Source: Octopus bimaculoides (lineage: Eukaryota). From it: a stretch of 33,488 nt of DNA. The notes beneath the pieces were generated by a model. The model made no database searches, had not been told where the DNA came from, and saw only the letters and a list, made by a program, of their open reading frames with translations. The translations under genes and the position numbers were made by a program. Each line of letters opens with the position of its first letter. Position 1 is the stretch's first letter. The DNA lies in the NCBI RefSeq assembly GCF_001194135.2, contig NC_069001.1, positions 33,795,250 through 33,828,737 on the forward strand. The letters are read 5' to 3'. Of this stretch, positions 9,103 to 19,897 are shown piece after piece.

Positions 9103-12100
9103 CTGAAACAAACAATAACAATATTAAAGTTTTGGAAATAAAATTCAATTAATAACTTTGTAAGAAAATCTATCCTATGTGTGATACAAGCTATAAACGA
9201 ACTTCAGTTTCGGTTCCTATAACTCTTGAAAGCTATTGTTTAACATATATGATCTTCAGACTATCCACTTAAATCCTCCTAAAATTTAATAAAGCTAATA
9301 TTTCAATATCCCACTGATAAACGATTATTAATCTCAGTCTCTGAAGCTAGAATACTGATCAAATATTGGTTTACAGATTAACTTAACATTGCCCAACAAA
9401 TGGCAGCCTTGTCAAATATTAACTCTTCAAGTCTTGTACAATGAGTAGCTGTAACCGCATCATTGTTTTGGGCCATGAAACAGGAGCTAAGTACTCTTCT
9501 GTGTGCCAAATACAAAGTTTAACCTCATTTTATTGTTGTCTCTTCAAACTTTGGATTTTCTCACAGGCAAACCACAAGCAGTAAGTTAGAATTTGGGAAT
9601 TTCTTTTTTTTAAAGTGTCACCATTATAGGTATTTATACTTCAGTGAAATTAAGAAATCAACTTGTAAATAAACGAAACCCTCGAATCCATCACTGTATA
9701 TACACACACACAGTCACATATCTATGTATGTTTTATGATAATCAAATCAAATTTTCCTAATTTTCAGCTGCTCACCCAATCAGTATTTCTGCCAAATTTG
9801 TTAAAAATCTGTTCAACCGTTTTCCAGTAATTTTGCAAACAAACAGACAAAGACAAGAATACCCTGCTTTTGCTTAAGCATGCAAGGCAATAAATAAGCA
9901 TTACATTTGACAGAGTAACCTAAATGTAGAAGCACTAAAAGCGATGAAGAAATCCTGTGCTGTTCATGGCTTTCCAAAGGGAATAGACAGGAAAAAAAAA
10001 GTTCACACTAAGTACTTTTCGTGTTAATTGCTTTGAAGCTCAATGTCGACTGAGAAACATTTGGCTTGTGATACTGTGAATTGATACAATACATACAAAT
10101 ACAAAGCAAATTTAAACTTACCAGCCTTACTTTCCTTCAGTGGTGTCGAAGGCTGAGAAAACAATTTCGTTCTTTCTTTCTCAGCCACTTCACAAATACT
10201 ATCAAAAGATGAATGACGAGAGAATGACTTCTTTGATGTGATGGCGCCATGACAGAATAAATCATCTGGAATAAATATTTACATGAAAATTACATCAGTT
10301 TAATATATTTGGAAATATTTCATACAATAGAAGGGGGAAAAAAAAGAACAAAAGAAAAACATTTAAAGCAAAGAAATATTTTTTTTAGAAATTTGGAATT
10401 CCAAAAAAGAAAAAGAAATCAAATTATTTGAGATTTAGCATTAAGAATATGTTCAATTCTAAAAGCAACTGCAGTAAATAGCAACAATAGAAACATATGC
10501 AGATTTCCAAAAGCAGAAATTTACACACACACATATGCTGGAGTGCAGTTCTGTGTATGCTACACTATAACCAATTACACACACACTAATTTCTTGTGGA
10601 ACAGACTATAGGAAGACAAGTCTTGACCTGCAGTGATGGGCAGTGGTGGAACATACAGGCATCACAAGCTGAAATTATGTAATTGCAAACCTGCACACTG
10701 GACACTTGAGATATTAGCCACTTCTCTAAACTATGGACATGGAGAAATTCAAGTGACCAAGCAGCCCTTTGCAAGCATAGCACTGGTTACCTAGAAAAGT
10801 GGTATAGACAAAGCTGGCTGAATTCTGGAAGTGAGCAGCAACCCCAAGCCTTCTCTTTGCAAACTTCTTTGATATACCAAGAATTTTACAGCTTTCCAAG
10901 TGAACATGATTGACTTTTGATCATTATCATCATTTAACGACCATTTTCCATGCTTGCATGGGTCAGAAGGCTTGAGAGCATCCAGCAAGCAGCAGGGTTG
11001 CACTGAGCTCCAACGTCAGCTTTGGCATGGTTTCTACTGCTGGATGCTCTTCCTAAAGCCAACCACTTTACAGTGTGTACTGAGTGTCTTTTTTTTTTAC
11101 CAAGCCATCAACGCAAGTGCAGTTGCCAAGTAACTTGCAAGACAGAAAACGAACTGGAAAGAGCCCCTTCATCTAAATAGAAGTGGGGTGGGGGAGGAGT
11201 ATATGAGAGGAGGAGGTGGTTTGTTGAGAAGCTGTTAAGACCTTAAGTTTAACAACAAAACTAAAATGTACCTTGTGATGTCAAAGGACTGTCACCCAGA
11301 TGTCCTGATTTTCCAGGTTTGTTGTTGAGAATGTTAGCAACTGAAAAATAAATAAATAGGACATTAACAGAAATATGCTACATTGCAACAAAACAAATTT
11401 GTATATTTTTCTGCAATACAAAAGTGGATAGCTAAACCCTTTCATTACTATATTCCTCTTGAAATACACTACCCTTGTTTTAATTGTGGAAATAATGAAA
11501 GAAACTCTGCCAAATCAGATTGGAGCCTGGTGTAGCCATCTGGTTTCACCAGTCCTCAGTCAAATCGTCCAACCCATGCTAGCATGGAAAGTGGACGTTA
11601 AACGACGATGATGATTAATAAAAGAATTGTCCTATGTTTGAAATATAAATTTTGAGAGGAAGCTTTGAATCTATATCACTTTTAAAATGGGAAGTTTGTA
11701 TGATAAAATCACAGATAGTCTTAAGTGGGCTAATATCAAAAGGGGTAAACAGTTTGTGGTTGCTACCACAACAAAACAAGGCACACAAAATGCTGACAAA
11801 CATTTCTATATTTAGATTTTATACCAGATTTAGGGTTCAATATCTAGGTTGCATTATCTGAAGCTAGGGTGTGCAAGATTAGAAATAAATGAAGATGGAC
11901 AATGTCTGCACAGAAGTGGATGTTGTTAGAGAGATGGTGGCAAGTAGTTCGTTGACAGACAAGTGAAATAAATATTGCAGCAATATGCAAGCTTTGATGT
12001 TTATTCACAAATTAACTTTTATTGAAGAAGACTAGAGACAAATAATTTTCCAGCAGCAACTACATCATGTCCAATATATCGTTCTTATTCAAGATGATAT

Positions 12101-15100
12101 TGCATATAATCTGAGGGAGATTTTGTCTGCACAGCAAAACAGGATCTATGGAAGAATGTCACAGATGCAGCTAAATGAGAGCAAATGGGCCGTTGAAGCA
12201 TGAGGTCTGTATTTAGGTAGGAGTTACAGAAGAGTTATGTCTCTTTAATGTTTTAAATGAACAACTACTAAAATTGTCATTAGTGTGTGATGGGCAGGGG
12301 GTTATAGTGTGGTTCTATATGCTTAAGTAAAAAAAGTATTAACTATTGATATCAATCAACGATGAAACTGCACCTCATTCTATGATACAAGCTTCCTGTT
12401 TTAACTCTTCTTATCATATTTCTGTTAAAATATATACACTGTCATTGTTTCAGTTAATATTGAAAATAATGAAGAATTTAGAAAATAACTTATATTCCAT
12501 CAAAATTTCATGTTAATTTGTTCCAAACAACAGCCTAATACTGACAAAGTTATTTTACTAATTTTTTACGTTCAAACAAAAGTACAGAATATGGACTGAA
12601 ATATGGAAAGAAAAGGATTAAAAAAACTGGAACTAAATAGAAATCAGCATAAATTTGGAAAATTCAAAATGTTAAAAAAAATAATTCTATAACTTACTTT
12701 TTTGATTTTTGACACAGTCAAGCAAAGAATGCCTGGAACTTGGTCTGTGACATCCATCAGTGCTACAAGCTGAATTCAAACAAAATTATTAGTGTTAAGA
12801 TACTGGGGGTGAGATAGACAGAAATTATGAGAATAGGAGCAATAAAGATGGAGAAATTACAGAGAGAGAGAGAGAGAAAGAAAAACAAAAGCAAGGCAAC
12901 TTACTACTGATGTCAGTTGAACTGTCTACTTCAGGCCCGATATACTTGAATGCTGGCTTCCTACCCCGAATCTCTGTGACGTGAATTTTACGGATTAACC
13001 CTAAACTGGTCAAGATGTTAGCGATATCATAAAGACGGCGGATTTTTGCTGGAAGGAAAATAAAATATAAAAAAAAAATAAGACAAACTATACAAGGTGA
13101 CAGAAGAACAACATAACACAGGAAGATACACTAATCAGATAGCTATTATCAATATGTATCGATACTAATATGATCACTGCTATTATTCCTTACATACATC
13201 AACAGTATGAATGTCACAACTGATTTGGATAGATGAGCATGTATGTGTGTGTGTGCCTGTGTTTATGTACACACACATGCATGTGTCTGTATGTTGCAGG
13301 CAGGGCTATACTTTCTAGTTCCTTTTCACTGCTTGGTACCATGAGCAGTTGCCCTGTACACTAGCAAAAGGTCAATCAATGCCTTGTAAGAGAAAGTGGC
13401 ATGTTTACATTCTGCCTCCCTGTATGAAACCACTTTAAAAAAATTGGTGATGCTATGTTGCATTCTCTGTTGATAAATCATGCTGTAGATCTGTGCTTTT
13501 GAAAACAAGTTAACTATAAAGCCTCTTACATAAAAGAAACAGGTAAGGCAAAGTTATAAAAGGCATCCAAGTTGTAAAATAATGCCTTAAAGACAGATCT
13601 AAAGAATGAATGAATCAAATGTTAAACTCACTTTTGAATTTAGAATTTTCAGTTTTATCTACCGTCATGTTACCAATCAGGATTTTTGCTGCCAAATCGA
13701 GATTTACTGTTTTGGGCTGGAAAAGAAAATAATCATCGTTTAATATTATATACATAGGTGATATCTAAGGTGGTGGACTGGCATTATTGTTAGCATGTCA
13801 GGCAAAATGCTTAGCGGCATTTTGTCCGACTTTACATTCTGAGTTTCCAGATTTCACTGAGGTCAATTTTGCCTTTCATCTGTTTGGGGTTGATGTAACT
13901 GACTTAGCCCAACCCCTGAACTTGCTGGCCTTGAATTTGAACCCAATATCATATACATTAGTGAGACAGCGAAGGGTAAAGAGGGATCTTCAGCCTTGTA
14001 GGTGACAATATTTCTTAAGCCAGTGCGATGGTAAAATTCACTGTGCTGTAAAGTGGTTGGTGATTGGGCACCCAAGTGTAGAAAGATAGTTTCCTCATTG
14101 CTAAGTATTTTTGGATTGAATTGCCCATATTTAGTTCACTGAAGGCTTCAGCATGTTCTCTCCACCAACCACAGTCTTACATGTAAGCCATGAATTTAAT
14201 CTTGAGATCATACTGGTTTGATGAGTTTACTCTGCCACACTGGCTTGGCAGAAGAATGTAGTTTACATATTCATAGCCAGGAGTAATTAAGTCAATTACA
14301 TTGAATCCAGCATTCAACTGGTATTTAATTTTATTGATACCGAAAGGATGAAAGATGAAGTAGATCAGTGGTTCTCAAAGTAGGCAGTATTGCCCTCCTG
14401 GGGGCAGTGGAAAGTTCCATTGAAGAAAAGTGGGGTGATAATGGGGATAGAGATTCATGTAAAAACAACAAAATAATGGGTTAATTAGGTTAAGTTTTAA
14501 TTTGTGAAATACAGTTGCTTTGGATTTGCTTCCGAAAGCAGTCTATGTTTGTGATGGTTAGTTGGGGTGGAGGCACTAGGAAAGTAGCCTGGGTGTCAAG
14601 GGGGCGGCAACCCGAAAATGTCTGAGAATCACTGAAGTAGATCTTGATTGAATTTGAACTCAGAATGTAGCAAGGAAAGAAATACCTCTAAGTCTTTTGC
14701 CTGGTGTGTTAACAATTCTGCCAGCTTACTGCTGAAGTGTATCACATGATAAACAAATACAGGTCAACATGAAAATATAGGAATAAAACGATCCAGCAAG
14801 AAATTGTAGAGCAGTATCAAACATGAAACTTGCAGTTGACTGAATAACTGATTTAACTCTTGGCCAAGTCTCAGGTTGGGCTTGACTAAACAGAGTCAAA
14901 AAAATAGTCCATTTTGTGTTCTATCATTTGTTTATTGTCCATTTTAAGAAATAGATGTAGGCAGAATTTTACAGCCAGATATTCTTCCTGTCACCTGTTC
15001 TAAGGTTTCAAAAACACAGAGTGACTCGTCATAATGTCAACATCATAGCTGTTTCATCCAAGCAGTGACAAGCATGGAATATCAACATTCACACAATGGT

Positions 15101-18100
15101 TTCCCTCTACCTAGTTTGTTCAAAAGACTTTAGTCAACCTGGGGCTATAGTAGAAGACACTTGCTCAAGGCGTTGCACAGTGGGACTGAACTCAAAAACC
15201 ACATGGCTGCAAAAACAAGCATCTTAGCCACACAAGAGTCATGAATAAACACAAATAGAAAATGTAAAGCAAACAAAATAAACAGAACTTACCTTTAAAA
15301 CTAGAAACAACATCAAAAATTTCTGGCTCATAATACCTAATGACTTTTCGAGAAACTTGGGTATGTTGGATAAATTTGAGATATCTGTAAAATGAAAAGA
15401 AATTCCTTTAGTATAAATGATAATGAAGTCTCATATAAAGAATATTTTTTAAAACCTTTTAGCATTTAAACTGGCCAGATCCAGTCTCTCACACATATCC
15501 TACAATGTTCTTGCAAACTGCATGGCAATCTCACTATCGCTGGTGATATAAAATAGCACCCAGTACATTTCACGCTGTTGAAATTGGGGTGTACCTAATA
15601 TGCATGTGCATCTTTTATGCCATGAAATACAGCATTCAATAATATACAGCCACAACTATAATAAACTCTACATTGAAGGGTGACAATTCTCAAGAAAGAG
15701 GCCGTGACACTGAATTTTTTTTGTGTGCTTCTTACCTTGATCAGATTCAGAGAAGTTATCCAAGTCATTTGTTGATGAATAAGAGCGAGAATTATCAACT
15801 AATTCTTTCTTTAGTTCATATTCTTTCAGTCGATTCATTTGTTCTCGAAAACCCTCTTGCTCAGCTAAGGCCTAAACAATAAACAGAAATATGAAAATAC
15901 TATCAAGAAACACAAGGAAGCGTATTTATACAGTAATGGATAAATTTACTTGACAAAATCAGCTTTTGAAGTCTCCAGTGTCACCTTTTTTTATATGTAA
16001 AATGGTTAGTTCCTGGATTCTTAGTCAGGAATTGAAACTTTATCCTAATTTTTTCTGTGAGATTCTGTCCACTGTTTTTGGAATTTGTAGATGAGTCAAC
16101 AACAATATTAGAGAAATTTTTACATATGAATTAAATCTAGATTTATGTAAAGAAATAGAATGCATAAATGCATCATTTTGTCTTTCTAGGGCACACCAGT
16201 AAATGGAAAGTAAAAATAGAGGAGATCTGGCATTGGTATGTAGTTACTTTGTCAAAATTGATAAGGACCTGATGAAAGAAAGCAATCAGTCATATGGTTA
16301 CCTTTAGTTTGGCGAGTGTTGTACACAAATTTGTCTTTCCATGCCATGCATATTTATTTTTGGCCACCCTACTGACTATTTCCACACTCTCCAGCACATT
16401 AACAATATCATATATTCGACGCCGGCCAACAGCTATTGAAAGAAAAGAAATAATGACAATTAATGGACACACTGAAAGAAATTTATTTAATTAGTGAAGG
16501 TCATATCTAATTGTATTGTTTAAAAGAAAAAAGATTGATCATTTCCATTAACACAGAAACAAATTGTGAAAGTCAATTAACTAGATTAATAAAAGTAAAT
16601 CAACAAGACAGTTTAAACAGTCATAAAATTAATATAAATGTCTAGACAATTAATAATCTATGAAACTCGCTGAACACTTTTGAAGTAAAACCATATTAAT
16701 GAAGAGATAATTAGCAATAGCTGAGTGGATATGATACCATTCTATGAGGAGTTTGTAAAACAACTTTAGTTGCACTTAAAGAATGGTGGCATTAATCTTT
16801 ATCACAATTCAGCTGGCAGCATTACATTTGACAAAGTAGTCTGAATGCAAAAGGGTTAAACAGCTGTAAACAAGTTAAGAAATTACACAAATTTTGCAAG
16901 ATAACTGTTGGACAACACTCATTCTGTAAAACAGAAACAGTTTCTTCCAGTTACTTACATAGATCACGTGCGACTTCATCCAGTGATATATCAATACCAG
17001 CATTTTGATCAGGATAATTGGGATATTTGGCTAAAAATCTGAAGATAAAATAAGTAAAAAATAAATACATACAATTAAGCAAAAATTGTAAATTTCTATT
17101 GTTGCTTAGATTATGATAAAAAAACTAAAGAAAAACCAATAATTATCACTTTGAAAACTTATTACTTGGATTGTTTGTGCGTGTATTGACTACAAACTAT
17201 ATATATATGGAAACCAATTTTTTTAGCAATAATACTGTTATCAAAGAGATTCTGTGATTTACAATTTCATCAAATGTAGAAAACTAAGGATCAATATTAA
17301 GTTAAATTTAGCCCAAGACAGACTTTGATCTACATCCATTAATCTGGAATTTCACAATTTATCATAAATAGGGAAAACAAAATGAATAGAAGACTATGTT
17401 GATAATGACTGCTCACAAACATTGAGGATCAATATAACTATGGATTTTCACTGTTATTTACTGTCGACACAAGATATTAAAATTTCATGCATATCTTATA
17501 ATAATCATTTCTAATACAGGCACAAGGCCTGAAATATTGGGGGAAGTGGAGAGTTAATAACCCCAGCACTTCACTGGTACTTGTTTTACTGATACTAAAA
17601 AGATGAAAGACAGAGCTGACCTTGGCAGAATCTGAACTCAGAACATTAAGTTGGAAGAAATGCTGAGCCTTTTGCCCGATGCACTAATGATTCTGCCAGT
17701 TTGTCGCCTTTGCTTGAATGTTCCAGTGAACAAGAGGGTATAAGGAAAAATTTTTAACTGAGGTAGGATTTGTTATAAAAAAGTTACTGTAAAGATATTT
17801 AATTGCTAAGATAGAAGATATATAAAGTGGAAAAAAGAAAACCATTTTCTTACTTTTGGCATAAAAGTCCAAGAGATTTCTCTTTTCGGGAACCAGTGGT
17901 GAACAGTTTCCCTGAATCAGTATCTTGGATGAAATTATTCTCTTTGAGGAGTCCATGAGGAGACTCTGGCTGGCTGCAATCACACTGAGACAATAGATGC
18001 CTGTTACTTTCTTCTTCTAGCAATAAGTCCCGCCGCCTTAGCTCAGGACTAACAGCACTTGAGAGCATTTTCAGGTTGGCAGTAGGAGTGAGTGGTGCTT

Positions 18101-18452
18101 CATGACATTCCCTTGAATCCCACTTCTTTTCTGGAGTGGCTGGTTGAGCTGGGCCCTCATCAATTAAGTAGGAAAGGCTAGTGTATGGTTTATAATCAAT
18201 TACACTAGTAGAAAGTTTTGGATGGTGGAATTTTGTAGAATTCAAACAGTTCTCCTTATTGCATTTAGGACTGCAGAATACTGATTCTGTTTCTTGAAAA
18301 TCAGCATTGGGTTTACATTTTGTCTGGCCATTGCTGGTCACATTTTCACATAGTGGTGTTCTTCTTGTAACTTTGTCCTGTTCTTCAGTTTCACCACCTA
18401 ATTTATTGATTAGGTGAGCTGAAGCAGGGCAAGTTTCATTAACTGGAGCCAT
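7592..18452 (-). CDS. E2F7/8: Atypical E2F transcription factor (E2F7/E2F8 orthologue), 10 coding exons, 997 aa
   Basis: join complement(17854-18452, 16959-17038, 16302-16432, 15736-15871, 15293-15384, 13632-13716, 12905-13048, 12698-12769, 10122-10265, 7592-9102) = 2994 nt, open throughout, all introns GT-AG. DBD1: [15 protein letters not shown]...[16 protein letters not shown]2: [16 protein letters not shown]...[18 protein letters not shown]...[11 protein letters not shown]. Family motifs: [20 protein letters not shown] and a terminal RRL. Confidence 0.95.
10122..10265 (-). CDS. E2F7/8: E2F7/8 coding exon 9
   Basis: tattccag|AT...GCT G|gtaagt. Encodes [48 protein letters not shown]. Confidence 0.88.
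10921..11100 (-). mobile_element. Diverged 3' tail of the RTE-clade family seen at 26649
   Basis: atcatcatttaacgaccattttccatgcttgcatggg...tttggcatggtttctactgctggatgctcttcctaaagccaaccac. Confidence 0.75.
11501..11614 (+). mobile_element. RTE-clade 3' tail with (GAT)n end
   Basis: Near-exact reverse complement of 26660-26775. Contains the palindrome CCATGCTAGCATGG (11574-11587). Confidence 0.88.
12698..12769 (-). CDS. E2F7/8: E2F7/8 coding exon 8
   Basis: gaattcag|CT...AAA A|gtaagt. Encodes [24 protein letters not shown]; phase 1 at both ends. Confidence 0.8.
12905..13048 (-). CDS. E2F7/8: E2F7/8 coding exon 7 (DBD2 recognition helix)
   Basis: ttccttccag|CA...AGT A|gtaagt. Encodes [48 protein letters not shown]. 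Confidence 0.95.
13632..13716 (-). CDS. E2F7/8: E2F7/8 coding exon 6
   Basis: ttcttttccag|CCC...AAA A|gtgagt. Encodes [28 protein letters not shown]. Confidence 0.93.
13768..13940 (+). mobile_element. SINE family B (tRNA-derived), intronic
   Basis: ctggca...gttagc...aaatgcttagcggcattt...ttctgagtt...tttgcctttcatc matches 24501-24670. Confidence 0.85.
14245..14731 (-). mobile_element. SINE family B split by a hAT MITE
   Basis: Removing 14366-14634 and one TSD restores gaaaggatgaaagatgaagtagatcttgattgaatttgaactcagaa...aattctgccagc, the reverse complement of family B. Confidence 0.85.
14366..14634. mobile_element. hAT (Charlie-type) MITE, 269 bp
   Basis: TIRs CAGTGGTTCTCAAA / rc CAGTGATTCTCAGA (12/14). 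Perfect 8-bp TSD AAGTAGAT at 14358-14365 and 14635-14642. Confidence 0.92.
15125..15235 (-). mobile_element. SINE family A, 5' fragment
   Basis: ggctatagtagaagacacttgc.caag...cagtgggactgaac...accacatgg...cacac. Confidence 0.8.
15293..15384 (-). CDS. E2F7/8: E2F7/8 coding exon 5 (start of DBD2)
   Basis: cattttacag|AT...AAG|gtaagt. Encodes [31 protein letters not shown]. Confidence 0.93.
15736..15871 (-). CDS. E2F7/8: E2F7/8 coding exon 4 (inter-DBD linker)
   Basis: ttgtttag|GCC...CAA G|gtaaga. Encodes [45 protein letters not shown]. Confidence 0.9.
16302..16432 (-). CDS. E2F7/8: E2F7/8 coding exon 3 (DBD1 recognition helix)
   Basis: tctttcaatag|CT...AAG|gtaacc. Encodes [44 protein letters not shown]. 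Confidence 0.95.
16959..17038 (-). CDS. E2F7/8: E2F7/8 coding exon 2
   Basis: tatcttcag|A...CTA T|gtaagt. Encodes (K)[26 protein letters not shown]. Confidence 0.93.
17522..17712 (-). mobile_element. SINE family B, intronic
   Basis: accccagcacttcactggtactt...gatgaaag...tgaactcagaac...tgattctgccag is the reverse complement of family B. Confidence 0.85.
17854..18452 (-). CDS. E2F7/8: E2F7/8 coding exon 1 (N-terminus with two KEN boxes and start of DBD1)
   Basis: Acceptor ttacag|AG ATG (exon starts 18454). Donor CAA AA|gtaaga. Contains [16 protein letters not shown] and [13 protein letters not shown]. Confidence 0.92.
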
Positions 18453-19564
18453 CTCTGTAATAATTGAGAGAAATATAATTGAGTTTAGACCATTAATACT
18501 ATATAATCTAAGCTGTTAAAATGAGATTTAAGGAGATTATATCTAAAAGGTACAATTTTTTTCATTATAGATAGACTGAATGACAACTTTTCCAAATATT
18601 AACTGAAAGACACAAGGAAAAAAAATCAATACAAATCTATATTGCCTTCGTTTTGGTACTGCATATTTTAATATTTGCATCTTGTGATATTATTTTAATG
18701 AGAACAATTCAAAGAATTTCAGTTGGTGATAGAGGGATCTGGTGAAGAAACGGCCAGTTCATCTCGACTATTAAAATATTTTGCTAAATTACAGATGATG
18801 GAGTGATTCGTAAGATAGAGACAGAGTCCCATAAATATATCGGTTAGAAAGAAATCTTTAAGTTTTAAAAAATATTAAAAAATGTCTACACTTAGTCCAA
18901 GGGGGCTGTTTGCAGAGAAATGTAAGGGTTAAACCAAGAATGCCGTTAGCAAGAGATTGGCGTTAAAGAAAAGAAAGAGCGCAACAAGTCATGCACTTCA
19001 TCGACAACTGGGTCGCAGGGCATTTCGTTAACTAACTTCTATAGACGGTTGATGAATAATATCTATGTCTATAGATATTATGTATATATCTATCTAGTTG
19101 TATGCCCGTGCATAAACGGTCAGAAGAGGTATAATCTCATGACATAACAGATCTTTGAAATATCAGACGCTGGTTTGAATAAAGTAACCGCCAACTCTAC
19201 AGAAATGGTTTCACTAAATCCTGCAGCCGCCGTTAATTTAATAATTTGAAACAATTAAATGGTTAATTAACAGTCAGTACAATTAATGATCGCCAAAAAT
19301 TATGCTGATGTGGAGGAAATGAAAATATTTCTTTGATGCATTCCGCTGGAGAGAAAAAAAAAATCGAAGACGCCATTTGATAAGAAATTGCAAGAATTAG
19401 TATAATTTCACTGGAAATAATACGTTACATCTATTTTAAAATTTAAAAAAATAATAATAATTGAAAAACACCCAAAATTATTTTATTGCAGTCCATGAAA
19501 TGTGCAATACGCAAAGAATGGACTGTGATCCCTCAACACAATAGCATTGACCTTCCCTCCACCG

Positions 19565-19859
19565 TTCAAAATAATGGGCGCCAACAACTACGAGGAATGG
19601 TGGATTTGGCGGAAAGTGATCCATAATCTACATGGGTAAAGTAACAGTGTAAGAATTCGTATTGAAGAGAATTCTTCAAGGACATAGATTTGTAATTACG
19701 CTTGACCGACCATCATCTGAAAATTTGGCGGGGCGAAATTGTGACAAAGTTTAGTCAGCTGTAGACCGGTGATCGCTCCCTCGCCCCCACAGACAGGATT
19801 CAGTCGGTCGGCGGTCGCCAATGCCGGGGGATAATGGGCTGACATAACGCGACTAATTG

Positions 19860-19860
<1 letters not shown>
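19565..19860 (-). promoter_or_regulatory. CpG-enriched E2F/CHR cluster (intronic enhancer or proximal alternative promoter)
   Basis: Minus-strand TTGGCGCCCATTATTTTGAA (19584-19565), TTTGGCGGAAA (19605-19615), TTTGGCGGGGCGAAA (19724-19738) and CCAAT near 19818. Confidence 0.6.

Positions 19861-19891
<31 letters not shown>
19860..19891. repeat. (TA)n microsatellite
   Basis: Direct inspection. Confidence 0.95.

Positions 19892-19897
<6 letters not shown>

Noticed and set aside
9103-9148. Hydrophobic '[15 protein letters not shown]' start of the 518-aa ORF, which looks like a signal peptide
   Set aside because: It is the translated polypyrimidine tract of the intron; the true exon starts at the CAG| acceptor at 9102.
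10586-11003. Intronic ORFs and a possible poison exon in the exon 8-9 intron
   Set aside because: The gene model is complete and in phase without them, the candidate splice sites are weak, and part of the region overlaps an RTE tail.
11860-12230. Faint resemblance to a degraded LINE C-terminus (DDI...QNRIYG-like wording)
   Set aside because: Too degenerate to read a consistent frame.
16959-17038. Lys codons (e.g. FLAKY versus recalled vertebrate FLARY) that A-to-I editing could convert to Arg
   Set aside because: Editing cannot be inferred from DNA alone, and K/R exchange is ordinary divergence.
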